Assembly (NCBI RefSeq): GCF_006345805.1
Contig: NC_043001.1
Coordinates: 57,350,001-57,414,000 of the forward strand
Source: Octopus sinensis
Lineage: Eukaryota
Direction: 5' to 3'
DNA length: 64,000 nucleotides
The notes beneath the pieces were generated by a model. It was not told the DNA's origin and did not search any database. It saw only the letters and a program-made list of their open reading frames with translations. Positions 1 to 14,146 of the stretch are shown here, in pieces (positions within the stretch are counted from its first letter, which is position 1; each line of letters opens with the position of its first letter). Both the position numbers and the translations under genes were made by a program.

Positions 1-1084
1 GTAGTAGGTTTAACAGTGCTGCTGTTGTTTAGTCCTAAATGAATAAATAAGCTACCTAATATTCTCTCGCCGTGATCATTATGATTGAATATTAGTCTCT
101 GTGATGATGAATGGATCATTCTTTAAAGAAATCGATTGGATTTGATCTTCGTGAGATTTTGCTGTTTTTCAAGCAGGTTAACATCACGTTGATTTTAAAT
201 AGATTCAATTATATCATTATGTGATAAGCATTACTAAGTGTTTTACTCCTATTGAGCGTTTCTCAGAAGATGTACTGAATCTATATTTGACAGGATCACG
301 AAACTAAGATATTCTATAGGGTCTCTTGAGAACATACACAACAAATTTATCTATAGAGGATTTCATTTTACGATCTGCGAGCGGGGAGATTAATATCTCA
401 TCTAAAGAGATGCACCACATATAAACACAACCAGTTCATCAATCTAATCAAAAAGCATTGTAAATCAGGGAACTAGAAATATTCTGCGCTGGCAAAATGT
501 AATAGAAATAATATAAAACTAGAATAGCTTTCATGCATCCATGTAGAGTTTTTAATGAACGACACTCTACACAAATAAACAGATAAATAAATCGGAAAGG
601 AGTCTCTAAGTAGTGTCTCGGCATATAAGAAGAAGCTCCCACACATTCGTACAATGTTACATTGGTTTCTTTCACATTGTTTTCTGAAATAAAAACGATG
701 AGATAGTCACTGCTGTAACACTTTTGACAAGAAGTTCTCTCTAACAGGATACGTTAGGGAATAAACAACAAAATAAGTTATATTGTTTAACATTTTCCCC
801 AGATATGAAGTCCGTTGCCGCACAAAGGATATCGAATTCGTCTATAGGTTCTGGGACCAACTTCCGTCGAAGTCGACTTCGCTTTTCGTCATCTCGGTGT
901 TTATAAAATAACTACCAGTTGAGGAGCGATGTCGATAACATAAACTTAACCCTCTCACAAAATTGCTGGCCTTAACCAAAAATAGGAAACCATTATTATT
1001 ATTATGGAGTGAGAGAATAGTGCATACCATGAAAATGACACTGGTGTATAAATAACCGAGGCCTAGTATAGCCATTAAGACTAC

Positions 1085-1285
1085 CCCCGCTACTTCTGCT
1101 CGTAATTAGAGAATATACATGTCGTCAGCCACTAAGGGACACACTGGTTAAGGTTAAACAACTGACAAGCAAATCTGTGGTATTGAGCAGAATATTTACT
1201 GCAGTCCATCTTTTATACCAAGACAAAACATGTACATTATAACAAACCCAATCAACTAAGATCAGAAGCCATGAGATTCACTTAT
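1085..1285 (-). repeat. Partial copy of the ~530-bp dispersed non-coding repeat (see 13499-14030)
   Basis: Reverse complement of 13500-13700, e.g. gacaagcaaatctgtggtattgagcagaatatt and ttttataccaagacaaaaca. Confidence 0.8.
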
Positions 1286-1294
1286 TAGTATTGG

Positions 1295-1308
1295 TGTTGT
1301 TGTTGTTG

Positions 1309-1374
<66 letters not shown>

Positions 1375-1382
1375 TATTATTA

Positions 1383-1422
<40 letters not shown>
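1295..1422. repeat. (GTT)n/(TTA)n microsatellite
   Basis: Direct reading. Confidence 0.97.
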
Positions 1423-1429
1423 TTCTCTT

Positions 1430-2160
1430 TATCACAGGTTTAGTTGAAGCTCATGATGTCCTGCATGCGTAGCAGGCTTACTACCTGCAGGCTACGATGC
1501 CATGCTATTTGTTCTTTTCAGCTATCTAATATTTTCCTGATTATGTTAGCCATGCTAAGGAAGCAACTATTAGTAACAGTTCTACTGGGCATTATATTTC
1601 AATTTCCTTTATACTCCTCTTGATACGTTCTTATACTGTTCCCAAGGACCCAAAAATAATTGACATTGTCTTCACCTTTTTCATTTTCCCAGCAATTTCG
1701 TACTCAAGAGGGTTGTATCTAACTCTTCGTTTTCCTTCTTGACTATTTGTGGGTCAAAGGGGTATGCAACATCAACTATATAGCATATGTGGTGCAACTT
1801 GTCCATCACCACTAGATCAGACCTCTTATGCTCTTGCATCTGATTTGTTTGGATAGGGAAATCCCAGAGGATTTTGTTAATCTCTTACTCCACCACTCTC
1901 TGCGGTTTGTGCTCATACCACGTCTTGCCTCTCTCTAGTCTCCACTCTTCGCATAGTATCCAATGTAGCACTTTCGCTGCCTGGTCGGTTCGCCGCAACT
2001 TGTACTGGTTTTTGACAAGCTTAGGGATTCGTTCGTGATATGGGCGATAGTTTCATCCACCCTATTACAGATTTGGTACAGCGGAAAGACTTTCTTATTC
2101 CTAAGGTTGACCCTCCAGTTTGTGGCCAAAGCTTGTTCCTGCGTTGCCTGTATAGTGTTC
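1430..2160 (-). mobile_element. Degenerate 3' fragment of an R4/Dong-type RLE non-LTR retrotransposon
   Basis: Minus strand reads QICNRVDETIAHI (decayed CCHC knuckle), KILWDFPIQT and RSDLVVMDKLHHICYIVDV. Flanked by TAA tracts. Similar to 51550-52365. Confidence 0.75.
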
Positions 2161-2205
2161 ATTATTATTATTATTGTTGTTGTTGTTATTATTATTATTA
2201 TTATT

Positions 2206-2241
<36 letters not shown>

Positions 2242-2314
2242 ATTATTATTATTATTGTTGTTGTTGTTGTTTTTATATTATTATTATTATTATTATTATT
2301 GTTATTGTTATTTT

Positions 2315-3971
2315 TTCTGCCGTTGGTGCTGCAGTGATTTCTATTTTATTTTTGCCAAGTTCTTGGTAGAACTTTTTGGGGTTGGAGTTGAACATTTTGT
2401 TTTGTTCAAAGAAGCGCTGGCGTTTCTCGTACCGGCGGATCCTTTGTGCTTTGGCAAGGATATCTTGCTTCAGCTTTTCTTTTATCTCAGGTAAATCTTT
2501 TTCTGTGATGGTATATTTGCGGAGTATTTTTGTTTTCTTTTTGTTACTCAGTAGCGTTGATTGTCTACTGATTTCATTAAGAATTGACAGATCTTTTCTC
2601 ATTTTTTAAATTTTGTTTTGGATGTTATTTATCTACAGGGTTTGTTTGGGTGGTTGTACTCCTGTTTGGATGGGTTTGAGTGAGTATCCAGCTTCTTTTG
2701 TGGCTGCAGTGGCTGCTGCGTATACTAAGTCATTTAGCTCAGTGATATCGCTTTTTGTTTCAGTGTCTATTAGTTCCGTGACGGCTAGGTTTTTGCTGTT
2801 TATAATTGGTGTTGTGGTTTCGTCTATTTTGATTTTTGGGAGGTATGGTCGGTGGTCCATTTTGAGCTCTGTGGTTTTCAGTTCTTTGATTATTTTACTT
2901 TTTATATTATCATAATCATTAGGCTCCCTTTCGTTGTTTCCAGGTTTAAGCTTTGTGTCGCTTTCTTTCTCATTTATATGTTTGTTTGCCGTGTTTTGGC
3001 TTGCTGTTTGTCGTGTATTATTATGCATCCTTACGGTCTGGGTTTGTTGTTTTTTGTTTACATCGTGTTTGTTGGGAATGTTACGTTTGTCTTCGTGTTT
3101 TACTGTTTCAGTGTTTATATTATTGGGCATTGTTGTGTGGCTTCTATCTACATTTTCCTGGTGTATTTTTTCTTTTAGATGTTCTATTTCTATTTCTGAC
3201 ATTTTTTTGCGTTGAGAATGTATCTTCGTACGTTAGCTAATTTATTAGGGTTCATTGCTGTATCCAAGTCTATATTTATGTTATTTTCCTTCCATATTTT
3301 ATATGCATGTGTTGTGTTTTCATTTTTTGGGTAGAGCACTGCTGTGAAGTATGCGTGTAGGATAGAAAGGTATTCCTCACGTGTCCATTCATGTCTTTTG
3401 GGTTTTATTTGCGGGACATGAGGAACAACGTCCGGCCCATTATTTTGACGGTCGTCATTTTCGTAGGGTACCGGTCCGTTCATTTCTGTTGTCACATTCT
3501 TTTGCACGTGTAGTTTTTCGTACATTTTGTGTTGTAAGTTTAAAGTACGTACCTCCCGATTGTTATTCTTGGGTTGAATAATATCGGTGTTATTTAATTT
3601 CTTCGTAGTTCCTTTGTACATGGTGTTTGGGGTCGGGGATGATCTGGTGTTGATGGATCGTAATGTTTCACGCATGTTTACATGTGTCGTGTTAGAGGTG
3701 GAGATGATATCGAGTCAAAATACATCATTTCGTTTCGAAAATAACAATAAATTTCAATTAGTATTACTTACTCGGATACAGTCCAATCCTTTGTTAGTAA
3801 ATCTTTGGCTCCATAAGATGTCCTTGTTTTCGATGTTTGTGGATAGATTTCGGAGCTCTGCTTTATCGTTCTTACATCTTAAATGTCCCCCGGTGTCTCT
3901 TCTTAAACGTCCCCCGGTGTCTCTTCTTAAACGTCCCCCGGTGTCTCTTCTTAAACGTCCCCCGGTGTCTC

Positions 3972-3973
<2 letters not shown>
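2315..3973 (-). mobile_element. 5' part of an R4/Dong-type element (5' UTR plus frameshifted N-terminal ORF), broken off at a microsatellite
   Basis: ORFs 3190-3675, 2633-3202 and 2273-2602 join into one frameshifted protein. Motifs KRHEWTREEY...NKLANVRRYI and KAQRIRRYEKRQRFFEQNKMFNSNPKKFY are typical of the pre-RT region of this clade. Confidence 0.75.
3878..3973. repeat. 24-bp tandem repeat x4 (cttaaacgtcccccggtgtctctt)
   Basis: Direct reading; one mismatch in the first copy. Confidence 0.95.
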
Positions 3974-4025
<52 letters not shown>

Positions 4026-4029
4026 GTTC

Positions 4030-4970
4030 TTGTCGTCGAGGTAAGACGTGTCTTTCAGAGCTCCGTCAGTTGGAAACTTGTTGTTATTTTTCAAGTTTAT
4101 TGAGTGTTTGTTTGTTGGGTTTTGTTTTCCGAACACACTTTTGTCCATTTAAAAAGAACAAAAATTGTTTTTTCGTTTGATGAGAAAAAAAACAAGATGG
4201 CTTCTTCTATCGAGGGGAGTGTCAGTGGCTGTTCTGACGGCCAGTACAGTCAAGATTACCCCTCTGAACAGCACAACATGTGCAGTGATGCCAACACCAC
4301 CACCACCATCAGCAACAACAAAGAACATATAGCAAACCAAGAGATTGTTCCTGAAAAAGAGGAGAAAGAAAGGAAAGAAACAAAAAAGAATGACAGTGAC
4401 ATCACAAATACGAACAGTAAATCTAGCGGCAACGGTTTCGCCTCGGAAGCAAAGCAGACAAAAGAGTTGTTGAATTTAACAAAAAGTGAACTACAAAATG
4501 CAAAGCAGTTGTTACGGAAGGAAAGAAACAATGTCTTCCTTAACACTCCTGAAGAATTAATAAAGGAGACGGATCGAAAATTAGTAATATACAGAGTTTT
4601 AAACATCAAGAAGAAAAGAGTAGAACAAGCCAGCCAACAACAGGTGGAAATGTCCCTCAGACCGATTTGGACCAACAAAACCTAAGAAACAAGAGGAAAA
4701 CGCTTTGGCTCGGTGAAAGAGCGTTTTGCAACAGAGAAAGAAGCAAGACAGCATTGCGTTGTCCCCCTAAAAACAGAGGAATTCCGCTCGTGTCGATATA
4801 CCTTGGTCGGCTCGTGACGAAAATGAAAATTGGGGAGGTGCCCCTCCCCCAAATAAATGAATGCTGGCTGGTGGCAGCTGTTCTTTATCATATAGAGGAC
4901 ATCGCCGATATACAAGAAGTGCAGAAAATGCATCAACAAAACTGGACGGGTCAGGGATTAGAGCTTCACA
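4030..4970 (+). mobile_element. 5' fragment of a putative L1/Tx1-like ORF1, frameshifted
   Basis: ORFs 4104-4685 and 4667-5098 resemble the decayed frame at 60180-60750 (VIYRVLNIKKKR vs IVYKVYNVEKKR; WLVAAVLY vs WIVATLLY). Clade assignment is inference. Confidence 0.45.
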
Positions 4971-4995
4971 ATTATTATTATTATTATTATTATTA

Positions 4996-5053
<58 letters not shown>

Positions 5054-5071
5054 CTTATTATTATTATCATT

Positions 5072-5172
5072 AAGGTGGCGAGCTCTCAGAATCGTTAGCA
5101 AGACGGACAACATGTCGCTAAGCATTTTGCCCATCGTTACGCTCTGAGTTCAAATTCCACCAAGGTCGACTT
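5072..5172 (+). mobile_element. tRNA-derived SINE, family 1, 5' part
   Basis: ggtggcgagct...gagttcaaattcc...aggtcgactt matches 63651-63750; B-box-like GAGTTCAAAT. Confidence 0.8.
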
Positions 5173-7233
5173 ATAAAGAATATCATGCCGTAAATTTGTT
5201 GGCGTGTGCCTACATCAGAAAATATTTTATAGATAAGTAAGGGAGCTAACTCCTGGCAAATTTATTTTATAGTATTCACCTCGGCAGTTTTGTCGATATT
5301 ACTAAAACAATGTCCCCTGCTGGGAACAGAAAAATAATTAAGGCAGAGATACACTTCGCGTAAAAGATATATTGTTGCTGCTACGTTTAATGCAAGAAAA
5401 TATAACAAGAGCATGAAACTTTTTTTTTGTCTCAGCTTACAATATTGAAATTACCAAAGTTCAAAAATAGATATTTTAAAGAAACGAAAATCAAAGATCG
5501 GAAGATAGTGGTCAAGTAACAGAGATATTGTTGTACTAATTCAATTTTTGTAATGGTTATTTCTGTTCTATATTCACTGCCCCACCTTAAATCCTCTACA
5601 ATTAATTTTTCCAATATTTTGATATCTTATCCAACAATTTGTTATCTTACTACGATGTTAGAACATAATATGAAATCTAGAACAATAGCATAACTAAATA
5701 TTTTATATTTAGTTGTGTTTTCTTCATATCATGTAGCTTCCATGACCAAGCACACCTATGATGAAAGTGTTCGAGTATGATTATCCAATTTTTATATTTA
5801 ATCTGTAAATTTGTGTCTACATAATCCAATGCATACAACACTTTTTTAAGGGAGCAGAGAGCAATTGTAGGAAACTGTGACTGCTATATCAGTCACATCA
5901 AGCTATGATGTAGAAGCTCCCTACTTACTTTCTTATGGTAGAAGGCTGACATAATCTATTTCCCATTTCACTTCGACCCTCGATCTATGTATCAAGTAGC
6001 AGCTAAGACGTTGGTAGTGACGTAAATATCTATTAAGACATATTGTGTAGCTTTGTTTCAATGCAGAAGCCTACAAGTTAACAAAAGCGCTACAATGAAT
6101 TAACTAGGTATACTGGAAATAGAAGCTAAATTTCTTCTAACTCACACCCTCATATTCAAAAAAGTAAAAGTACATTACAAGTTATAATCGAATACTCTAT
6201 GTTCACGACTGTATAATCTTGATCATCACAACTGATCTACAGCTAAATTTAACGACAGTTTCCAGTATATGTGAAATAATTAATTCAAATATAGGCACAA
6301 GCTCTCAGATTTTGCGGGAGTAGGATTTATATCGATGCCCGTACTTTACAAGTAATTTAATAAATCTGAAAATTTGAAAGGGAAAGATGTACGAAACCGT
6401 ACATGTTTTAAGACATTCCTAGTTTAACGATTATCGAACGGTGCAAGTTATGTTATTGAGATAGAATGAGGCATTTGACAGGCCTTATAACCAAGTATAA
6501 CCAAATGTGTAGAAATACCAAGGTACAGTTATTATTTATAGTTTGAAAGGAATACACTTCAGTAATGAGCATATTTCAAGTGTCGCATCAACAACACTCT
6601 CCTATCACATTTCGATAAAGTACCAAAATTGCAAAATATAAAATTTTCACTGACAATAATAGAAATTATCTAGAATAACTGAAATTAGCAGAAATGTGAA
6701 TAGATAAATGAATAAATGACGAAGTAACTAAATATATAAACCGCTATAAATTAACAAAACAGTAAAATATAAAAATCCATTTCAAGTATGACGTTTACAA
6801 AATGCTGGTAAACATCTTGAATATATTGATAAATAAAGTAAAAAATATATATCTATATAAAATATAGATAGAAGAAAAAGAAAACGTCTACTGGCTTATG
6901 TTGCTTTAATCTCTCTAAGGTTAGGAACAGTTTTGTCGCAAACAAAATACTAACATACTAATATTTTAGTTATGTTATGGCAAAACTTTTCGATTTTTTC
7001 TTTGGAGTTTGTTGCTTTTTAATGTTGTCGTTGTTATGTCTGATGATATTGTTGTTGTGGTGGTTGTTTTTATATGTTTTAAATTTTTTGTTTTGCAATC
7101 TTGGAGGCTGTTGAATTCTTGTTAGCGAAGTATTGGAAAGTTTCTACAATTTATCAATAGAAACTTCTGAGACCAATTACTGTTGTTTATTATTCATTGA
7201 CTTCCACTAATCATTAGTGTTTTGCGTGCACAA

Positions 7234-7244
7234 CGACACACTTG

Positions 7245-7327
<83 letters not shown>

Positions 7328-7378
7328 GCACGCACACGCGCACACACATAACACACTCACACACATATAAACACACAT
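7234..7378. repeat. (CA)n microsatellite
   Basis: Direct reading. Confidence 0.97.
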
Positions 7379-9215
7379 TCTGATATGTTTGAGTGTCTAG
7401 GCGTCAGTAAAATAGAATTAATAGAAAATATTTTAAATATAAATAATATTGATTTCTTATATAAAACAGTCACAAATACAGGACATTGGAGAGTAGAATT
7501 GTAGTTTATTAAATTCACTCAGTGCTTGACTGGTACTTATTTCATGGAAGCCAAAATGAATGGAGCACGAAGTCGAATCTCGAAATATTCTCAAGTGAGG
7601 GCGCAAATAACTATTCACTTTATCACAAACCGAACTTTGTTATATTGCCTTTATCGATTTTGACATTGAATGCCACATTATTTCAAAAATGTGTATGAAA
7701 TTAAATTCAATACATCTATGAAAGTACATATGTGATCATATTGCCGATGAACAGATTTCAAGATGATTACTTCAAATGTTCAGTTAGCTGAATTTCCAAT
7801 ATTGAATTTTAGTCTATGTAACCGATGATTTTACATAGCTTAACTAATTCTCAGAATGTCAGATAGAATAAGTGTGACAGAATCTATGTCTAAATTATAC
7901 TTATATTTATCAATACGGAGAATTATGCATCTAGAATTTCTACAAGTCGCTACTAGGACGATTTTCCTTTGCTCCCGATATATATTACGTTATTATGCAC
8001 AGCACGTCCCAAGAAATATTATTCTTAAGTGAGATAATATGAAAGCTACGGTAAACACGTTTCGGGAGATATTTGGCTGCTAATCCATGTTCACAACAAC
8101 CCACCTTTCTTTGTTTGTCATACAAAGGTCTTACGTACATTTATGTGCGTGTATATTTGTGTGAGCGTTTGTGTGTATATACATATACAGTGTGTATATA
8201 TATATATATATATATACATAAATACATATACACACGCACACACGCACACACACACACACACAAATATATATATATATGTATATAAACATCACGTTTAAGG
8301 ATGGCCTAATACAAAAGCAAAACAAATAAAACCTACAGAAATGAATGATGTAAGAAATGTCTGCAGATAGTAATGCAGTGAAGTGACGCCAATAAGATTG
8401 TCCAAGTCCTCATACATACACGTAAGTACCAATGAATGAATTTTAATGTAGTTATGAAATCCGCTTTAAATATCAGAAGAATTTCCTGAAAACACACTCT
8501 CTTTCTGCAAAAATCTTGGAACCTGTACTAAATAAACACTCTCGAAATATACACTGGATAATCAGTGCTATTACATTTTTAGACTATGGGTGTGCTTACA
8601 TGAGTGCATTAGCTCGAATCAGTAACAGGACATATATATGTACTGATGCTAGAACCACAAACTCAGACATATCAATGGAAGCATCAGCAATAACGGTAAC
8701 AACAATACGAGACGTAGCAGTCACCCATATGAATTCCCTATCTGTGAAGTAGCTTTGGGTAAGTTAGAGAGCACATATATATTACATCAGTAATTCATTT
8801 CTGTTTGACATTCTTGGCTTTCTTCATTTTAAATTTGCGAGATTACTGTATTACCAGGACGGAAGTATTGTTTATAGAACAGCTTATGTTATATATAATT
8901 CGCATTTGGCTAACATCCGAATCTATCGTAAGGATTAGTGCGTCGTTTCATTTTGGCAAGGAAAAGAAGACGATGTATCACGTTTTATGAGCGGGCAGCA
9001 TTGGAAAGGCAAGGAGACTATTTCTGCCTCAGTCAACTCACTATATCTTAGTCTCCTCAGTAGAAGATTTAAGGAATTTAAGATTCAAGATAATTGTACT
9101 GCCATCTAGTAAATTTAAGGAAAAGAGGATATACGTGGTGCGACTGGCCCAGGAGACTGCGTATATTCTCGGCAAGCTTTTGTATTAGAACAAGAAGCGA
9201 AAAAGTAAACGCAGT

Positions 9216-9602
9216 AAACACATGTGAAAATATGATATTTGCAACTCTGATCACGAGCAGAAGTTGGGAAGCAGTATAACTATGGGTTGAGAGAAATTTT
9301 TTGGTGTTTCAAAGATTCACCTCCAGAAACATGAGTGTTTTTTTCATCATCCTTAAGCAAACACTATTCAGGGGCCTTTTGATCGAGATGTGCTACTCAA
9401 CCTGAAAACAAATTGTAACTGGGTCCCAGCTGCAAGGTCATACGCTTTTTATCGTGATAGAAGGTATCTATGTCGCGTACATATGGTTGTGATGCATGTG
9501 CCTGGTGTACCCTTATCAGACGTGTAGTCATGATAGGTATACTGGGCTTCGTATATTTTATCCCCAGTGTAACTTTGATGGCATGCACTGTTCATTCACC
9601 CA
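9216..9602 (+). repeat. 3' part of the ~530-bp dispersed repeat, ending in (TAA)n
   Basis: Colinear with 13660-14030 (tgtgatgcatgtgcctggtgtacccttatcag; ctttgatggcatg). Confidence 0.8.
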
Positions 9603-9673
9603 TTAGTAATAATAATAATAATAGTAATAATGATAATAATAATAATAATAATAATAATATAATAGTAATAATG

Positions 9674-9706
<33 letters not shown>

Positions 9707-9747
9707 GTAGTAGTAGTAATAATAATAACAACAACAACAACAACAAC

Positions 9748-9801
<54 letters not shown>

Positions 9802-9811
9802 GATGATGATA

Positions 9812-9853
<42 letters not shown>
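9603..9853. repeat. Compound (TAA)/(TAG)/(CAA)/(TGA) microsatellite
   Basis: Direct reading. Confidence 0.97.
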
Positions 9854-10199
9854 GGTGGCGGTCACACACGTCGATTTTGTGTGTTTGACAGAGAAGTAAA
9901 GAAAAGAAGTTGAGTAGAGGTATGAATTTTACTTGTACTCATTTTGGCGAAGAGGCCAAATGATGACTTTTTCTTGGGATTGTTCAAATGTGACTTTTGA
10001 TGGCAAGATATAACTCCTTTATTTTTCTGCTTCTTCAACTCGGATTTTTTAGTTGCAACATGACTCATTTTACGCCACTCACATCAATCTAAGCTATAAC
10101 TTTCCCAAGACGTTCGTTTAAGCTATGGCAATTTAGTGATTGTCTCAACTTATACGTTAGCAAAGGTTTTTCTTTACAGAATAATTCTCTTAATCCCTA

Positions 10200-10430
10200 C
10201 ACATGACTATGATGCTCCCCCACTATTTCTGCGTGCGATCAGACATGCATATATCGTAAGCCACTAAGGACATATTCAACTACTTAAAGTCAAGCAACTG
10301 TGGTATTGAGCAGAATATTTGCTGAGAGCCAACCTTTTTTACCACGGCAAAACACCTACATGATAACACTTTCAATCAGTTAAGATCCAAAGTCATGAGA
10401 GCCACTGCCTGTTACCCAATCTGGGCATTT
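10200..10430 (-). repeat. Partial copy of the ~530-bp dispersed repeat
   Basis: Reverse complement of about 13490-13720. Confidence 0.75.
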
Positions 10431-10489
10431 ATTATTATTATCATTATATATGTATTTTACATTTATTATGCATGTTTGTAACAATCACT

Positions 10490-13352
10490 TGCCGAGACAC
10501 ACCCAGCGTTTTAGAACGATGAAGGATAAGAGATGTTCCAGTATGATTGAAAGCTTGGGAAGAAGTGGCAGAGTCAGTAAGCGATATATCTTCATGTAAT
10601 ACAACACACATTTAAATTGATAGGGCTTTTGTAAAGATGTGGGCAGTACTCGTCAGCACAAACCTTTAGATTTCTCTGCAACATGGTTGTCCTGGGATAT
10701 TATCTAGATGTTTCTGGCATCCCTATTTTTTATCATACCTGGGGCATCCACAATAACAGGAACACTTCTCACTTTATAATGCCTCGTCTTTTGTATTTCA
10801 TTTTTAAGGTCCTTATATATACACACGCTTCGGAGGTACTCCTCAATTTACCTTTTTATTTCTAGAGTTAATATCCTGTCAGATGCTCATACTCCTAGAT
10901 GCTTAAAACTCTCCTCTTCATTGAATGATTTGAATGTGCGACCATCGATAATTGGGTGCTTTCACTTGTTGACTTCCTGTCCCCTTCTAATGATTATTAT
11001 TCATCACTTATCAATGGCAAATTCCATACCTATATCTTTGTTGAAGAGTCTTACCGTCTGTATTAATGAACCTACCTCCCTTTTCATTCTTACTAAAATG
11101 CTTCAGATCATTAATGTAGAGCAAATGGTTAATTTTTCCTTATTATTTCTGAACTGATACACTATTTTTGCCTTCCTTAATACTTAACTGAGGGGGGTCA
11201 AACACTAGACAAATATTAAAGAGGACAAGGAGACTTCTCGGATATTAACTTTCTCTAAGTCTGTGTCACCTGAGAAGAGATCTACTTTCCATTTCTTCAT
11301 GCTAAAACTAACTAATTCTCTTATGTTGTCTTCTATACTCAAACATGCAATGAGTGGGGTATCACGTCATATGCTTTTTTATGATCTATCCATGTTATTG
11401 TTAGATGTTTCGTTATGGCTTTTTCTTCATTAAGAACTGTTTCGTGTATGTATAATAGATCATGCGTTCCCCTTGCTTTCTTGCAACCTTTCTGTTCTTC
11501 TAGTTGCCAAGGTACTCGTAAAGGCTTTCTGAAAGCATTCCTGTTAAAAGTGTCCATACTAATGTTAAGCAGGTGATTGTTTTATAATGGATAGTCATAT
11601 TACCCTTGCTCTTATCTTTCATAATGTGTATTGTCCTCCCTATAGTCATCCAATCTTGTATTGTTCCTCCATTATGCAATCCTGAAGTTGTTCTCTCAGC
11701 CTCCCATGTAAACTACTAATCTTCTTTAACTAGTACTATTGAAATAAATCTGATTGTGGCATCATTCAGTAGGGCATTTCTCTAACACTTTACTCATTAA
11801 TGCACAGTAAGTCTGGCTACTTCTTGCTCACTACTTCCTCCCTCACTTTCTTTCATTGTGCTCCATTATGATTGACTGGCTTATCCCAAATATTACTCCA
11901 GAAGTTTGTATCCTTTTCTGCATTACGTTTCTCATCCTCAGCACTTATTTCTCCACTATTTATTTGGTTACAAATTCTCCTCTGATCTGTGTCAAATAAT
12001 CTTTTATGTTGATACTGATCTATTGTTTTCTGATATCTGGGAAGCTTATCTGCTACTACTATGATTCGTTGTTTCAATTCTTCTATGACTGTCCCAAATA
12101 CTCTCTCTTTGACTAAGTATCTTTTCTCAAGAGAAGATCTTGTGTTTCCTAACTTCTTCAATTTCCAAGCTTCTATTCTACTCAGATGTTGTCCTAAAGA
12201 CTTCACTTTATACTCTAATCTCTTTTTCCACAATTGCTCCTGTTTAATCTTTTATAGGGGAATATCAAATTTTCTAGTAATTACTACCCCTTTTCCGTAG
12301 CTCAATAAGTTAGTGTCTCCTACAGTTTTAGTATCCATCCTACTGAAAACTCAATCTAATCCTATAGTCATATCTAGCAGCTTCCTTCTGTTCGTACATT
12401 TTCAATGCTGATAATATTTTTTCCTACTTCTTTTCTCATTACTTCCTGCAACTCATCTAAAGTCTTCTGATCTTCCTCACTTAAATCACTTAAACAGCTG
12501 GTGTCAGTTGTCCCTTCCTTATTGGTAGCAGTATTATAATTTTTTCGTTGAGGTTATTCTCTGGTTTGAGCTGTATCTGTTATATTGTTATTTTTCTTTC
12601 CTACTTGTTTTTTTTTTCCAGTGCTTATGTGATCTCTTTCACCTCAAGTTCTGTCATCAAATTTCTCTTCTAAATAGCATTACTTACCATTCTCTAACCG
12701 TGTTAACATCCGTTTTCTGTAGCCCTTTCTAAGCAGCACTGCATCACTACCCTGTTTTCTTCGCTGGCCCACTTCTTCCTCCTTACTCTATTATCTGCTG
12801 ATGCTGCATTAGGATAACAGCTGTGATCAGTCTGCTTCTTTACTGAACCACTGCCGAGCGGAAGGCCTTCTCTTGCCGGTCTACCCTAATTTTCGCTGTT
12901 ACAATCAGAGTTTCTACGGATACTCCTGTCTTTCTTAAAGTGAGGTAAGGTAAAGTTCGTCACCAACGTCATCGCCACTATCTTATTTCAAACAATGACA
13001 GTTTCAAGCTGCTTTCTATTACATCTTTTGCTGGACTTATGTACTGCTGCGTAGGTTTTAATTGGTAGGGAAACACTGTATTGCATTAGTATGTTTTGTT
13101 ATGTGGCTTGGTTTGAGTCTTCTGTTGTATTGGTTTTTGCATTGTGTGTTGTTTGTGCAGCACAGGTTGTGTTCTTCTGTTAGGTATTAGACTTCTATGA
13201 CACATGTTGTAGGCTTTGTTAATTTTATTCGGTATTTACTGTATGAGTTTATTCCTGTATGATTGTGGGGGAGTGTTTCATAGATGTGTGTGTAAATCAT
13301 GCATCAATGAATTATTTATTTCCTTGTAATCCTGGTTATCTGTCCATCGTTC
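10490..13352 (-). mobile_element. Heavily decayed R4/Dong-type element, apparently retaining its 5' end, with RT remnants
   Basis: EEQKGCKKARGTHDLLYI...TWIDHKKAYDVIPHS (RT), WKKRLEYKVK and IEELKQRI...FWSNIWDKPVNHN. 5' region resembles 54850-56190. Confidence 0.75.
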
Positions 13353-13423
<71 letters not shown>

Positions 13424-13498
13424 AATAATAGTAATAATAATAATAGTTATGATAATAATAATGATAATAATGACAATAATAATAATAATAATAATAGT

Positions 13499-14030
13499 GG
13501 CTCTCATGGCTTCTGATCTTAACTAATTGGAAGTGTTATCATGTACATTGTTTTGTCTTGGTATAAAAGATGGACTACAGCAAATATTCTGCTCAATACC
13601 ACAGATTTGCTTGTCAGTTGTTTGCCCTTAACCAGTTGAGCATGTCCCTTAGTGGCTGACGATATGTGCATCACTGATCACGAGCAGAAGTAGTGGGGGA
13701 GCATCATAGCCATGTCTTGAGAGGGATTCTTTGTGGTTTGAATAGTTCACCTCTGGAAACATGGGTGGTTTTTTCAACATCCTTAAACAACCCTTATTCA
13801 GGGACCGTTTGAGCGGGATGGGCAACTCAACCTGAAGAAAATTCTAACTGGGCCCCACCTGCAAGGTCATGTGCTGTTTATCTTGATATGAGATCACCAT
13901 GTCGCGCACATATGGTTGTGATGCATGTGCCTGGTGTACCCTTATCAGCCGGGTAGTCATGGTGGGTATATTGGGCTTCGTATATTTTACCCCAGTGTCA
14001 CTTTGATGGCATGAACTGCTCTCTCACTCA
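13499..14030 (+). mobile_element. ~530-bp non-coding dispersed repeat embedded in (TAA)n; probably a non-autonomous retroelement
   Basis: Four full or partial copies in the window; 3' end runs into (TAA)n in two independent copies. Confidence 0.7.
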
Positions 14031-14069
14031 ATAATAATAATGATAATAATAATAATAATAATAATAATA

Positions 14070-14145
<76 letters not shown>

Positions 14146-14146
<1 letters not shown>

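Noticed and set aside
2035-2494. Poly-I/L/Y/N and YI-repeat ORFs here and throughout the window
   Set aside because: Translations of (TTA)n, (TA)n and (CA)n microsatellites
3690-3973. HDV-like ribozyme at the 5' end of the Dong-type element
   Set aside because: Could not build the nested double pseudoknot by eye
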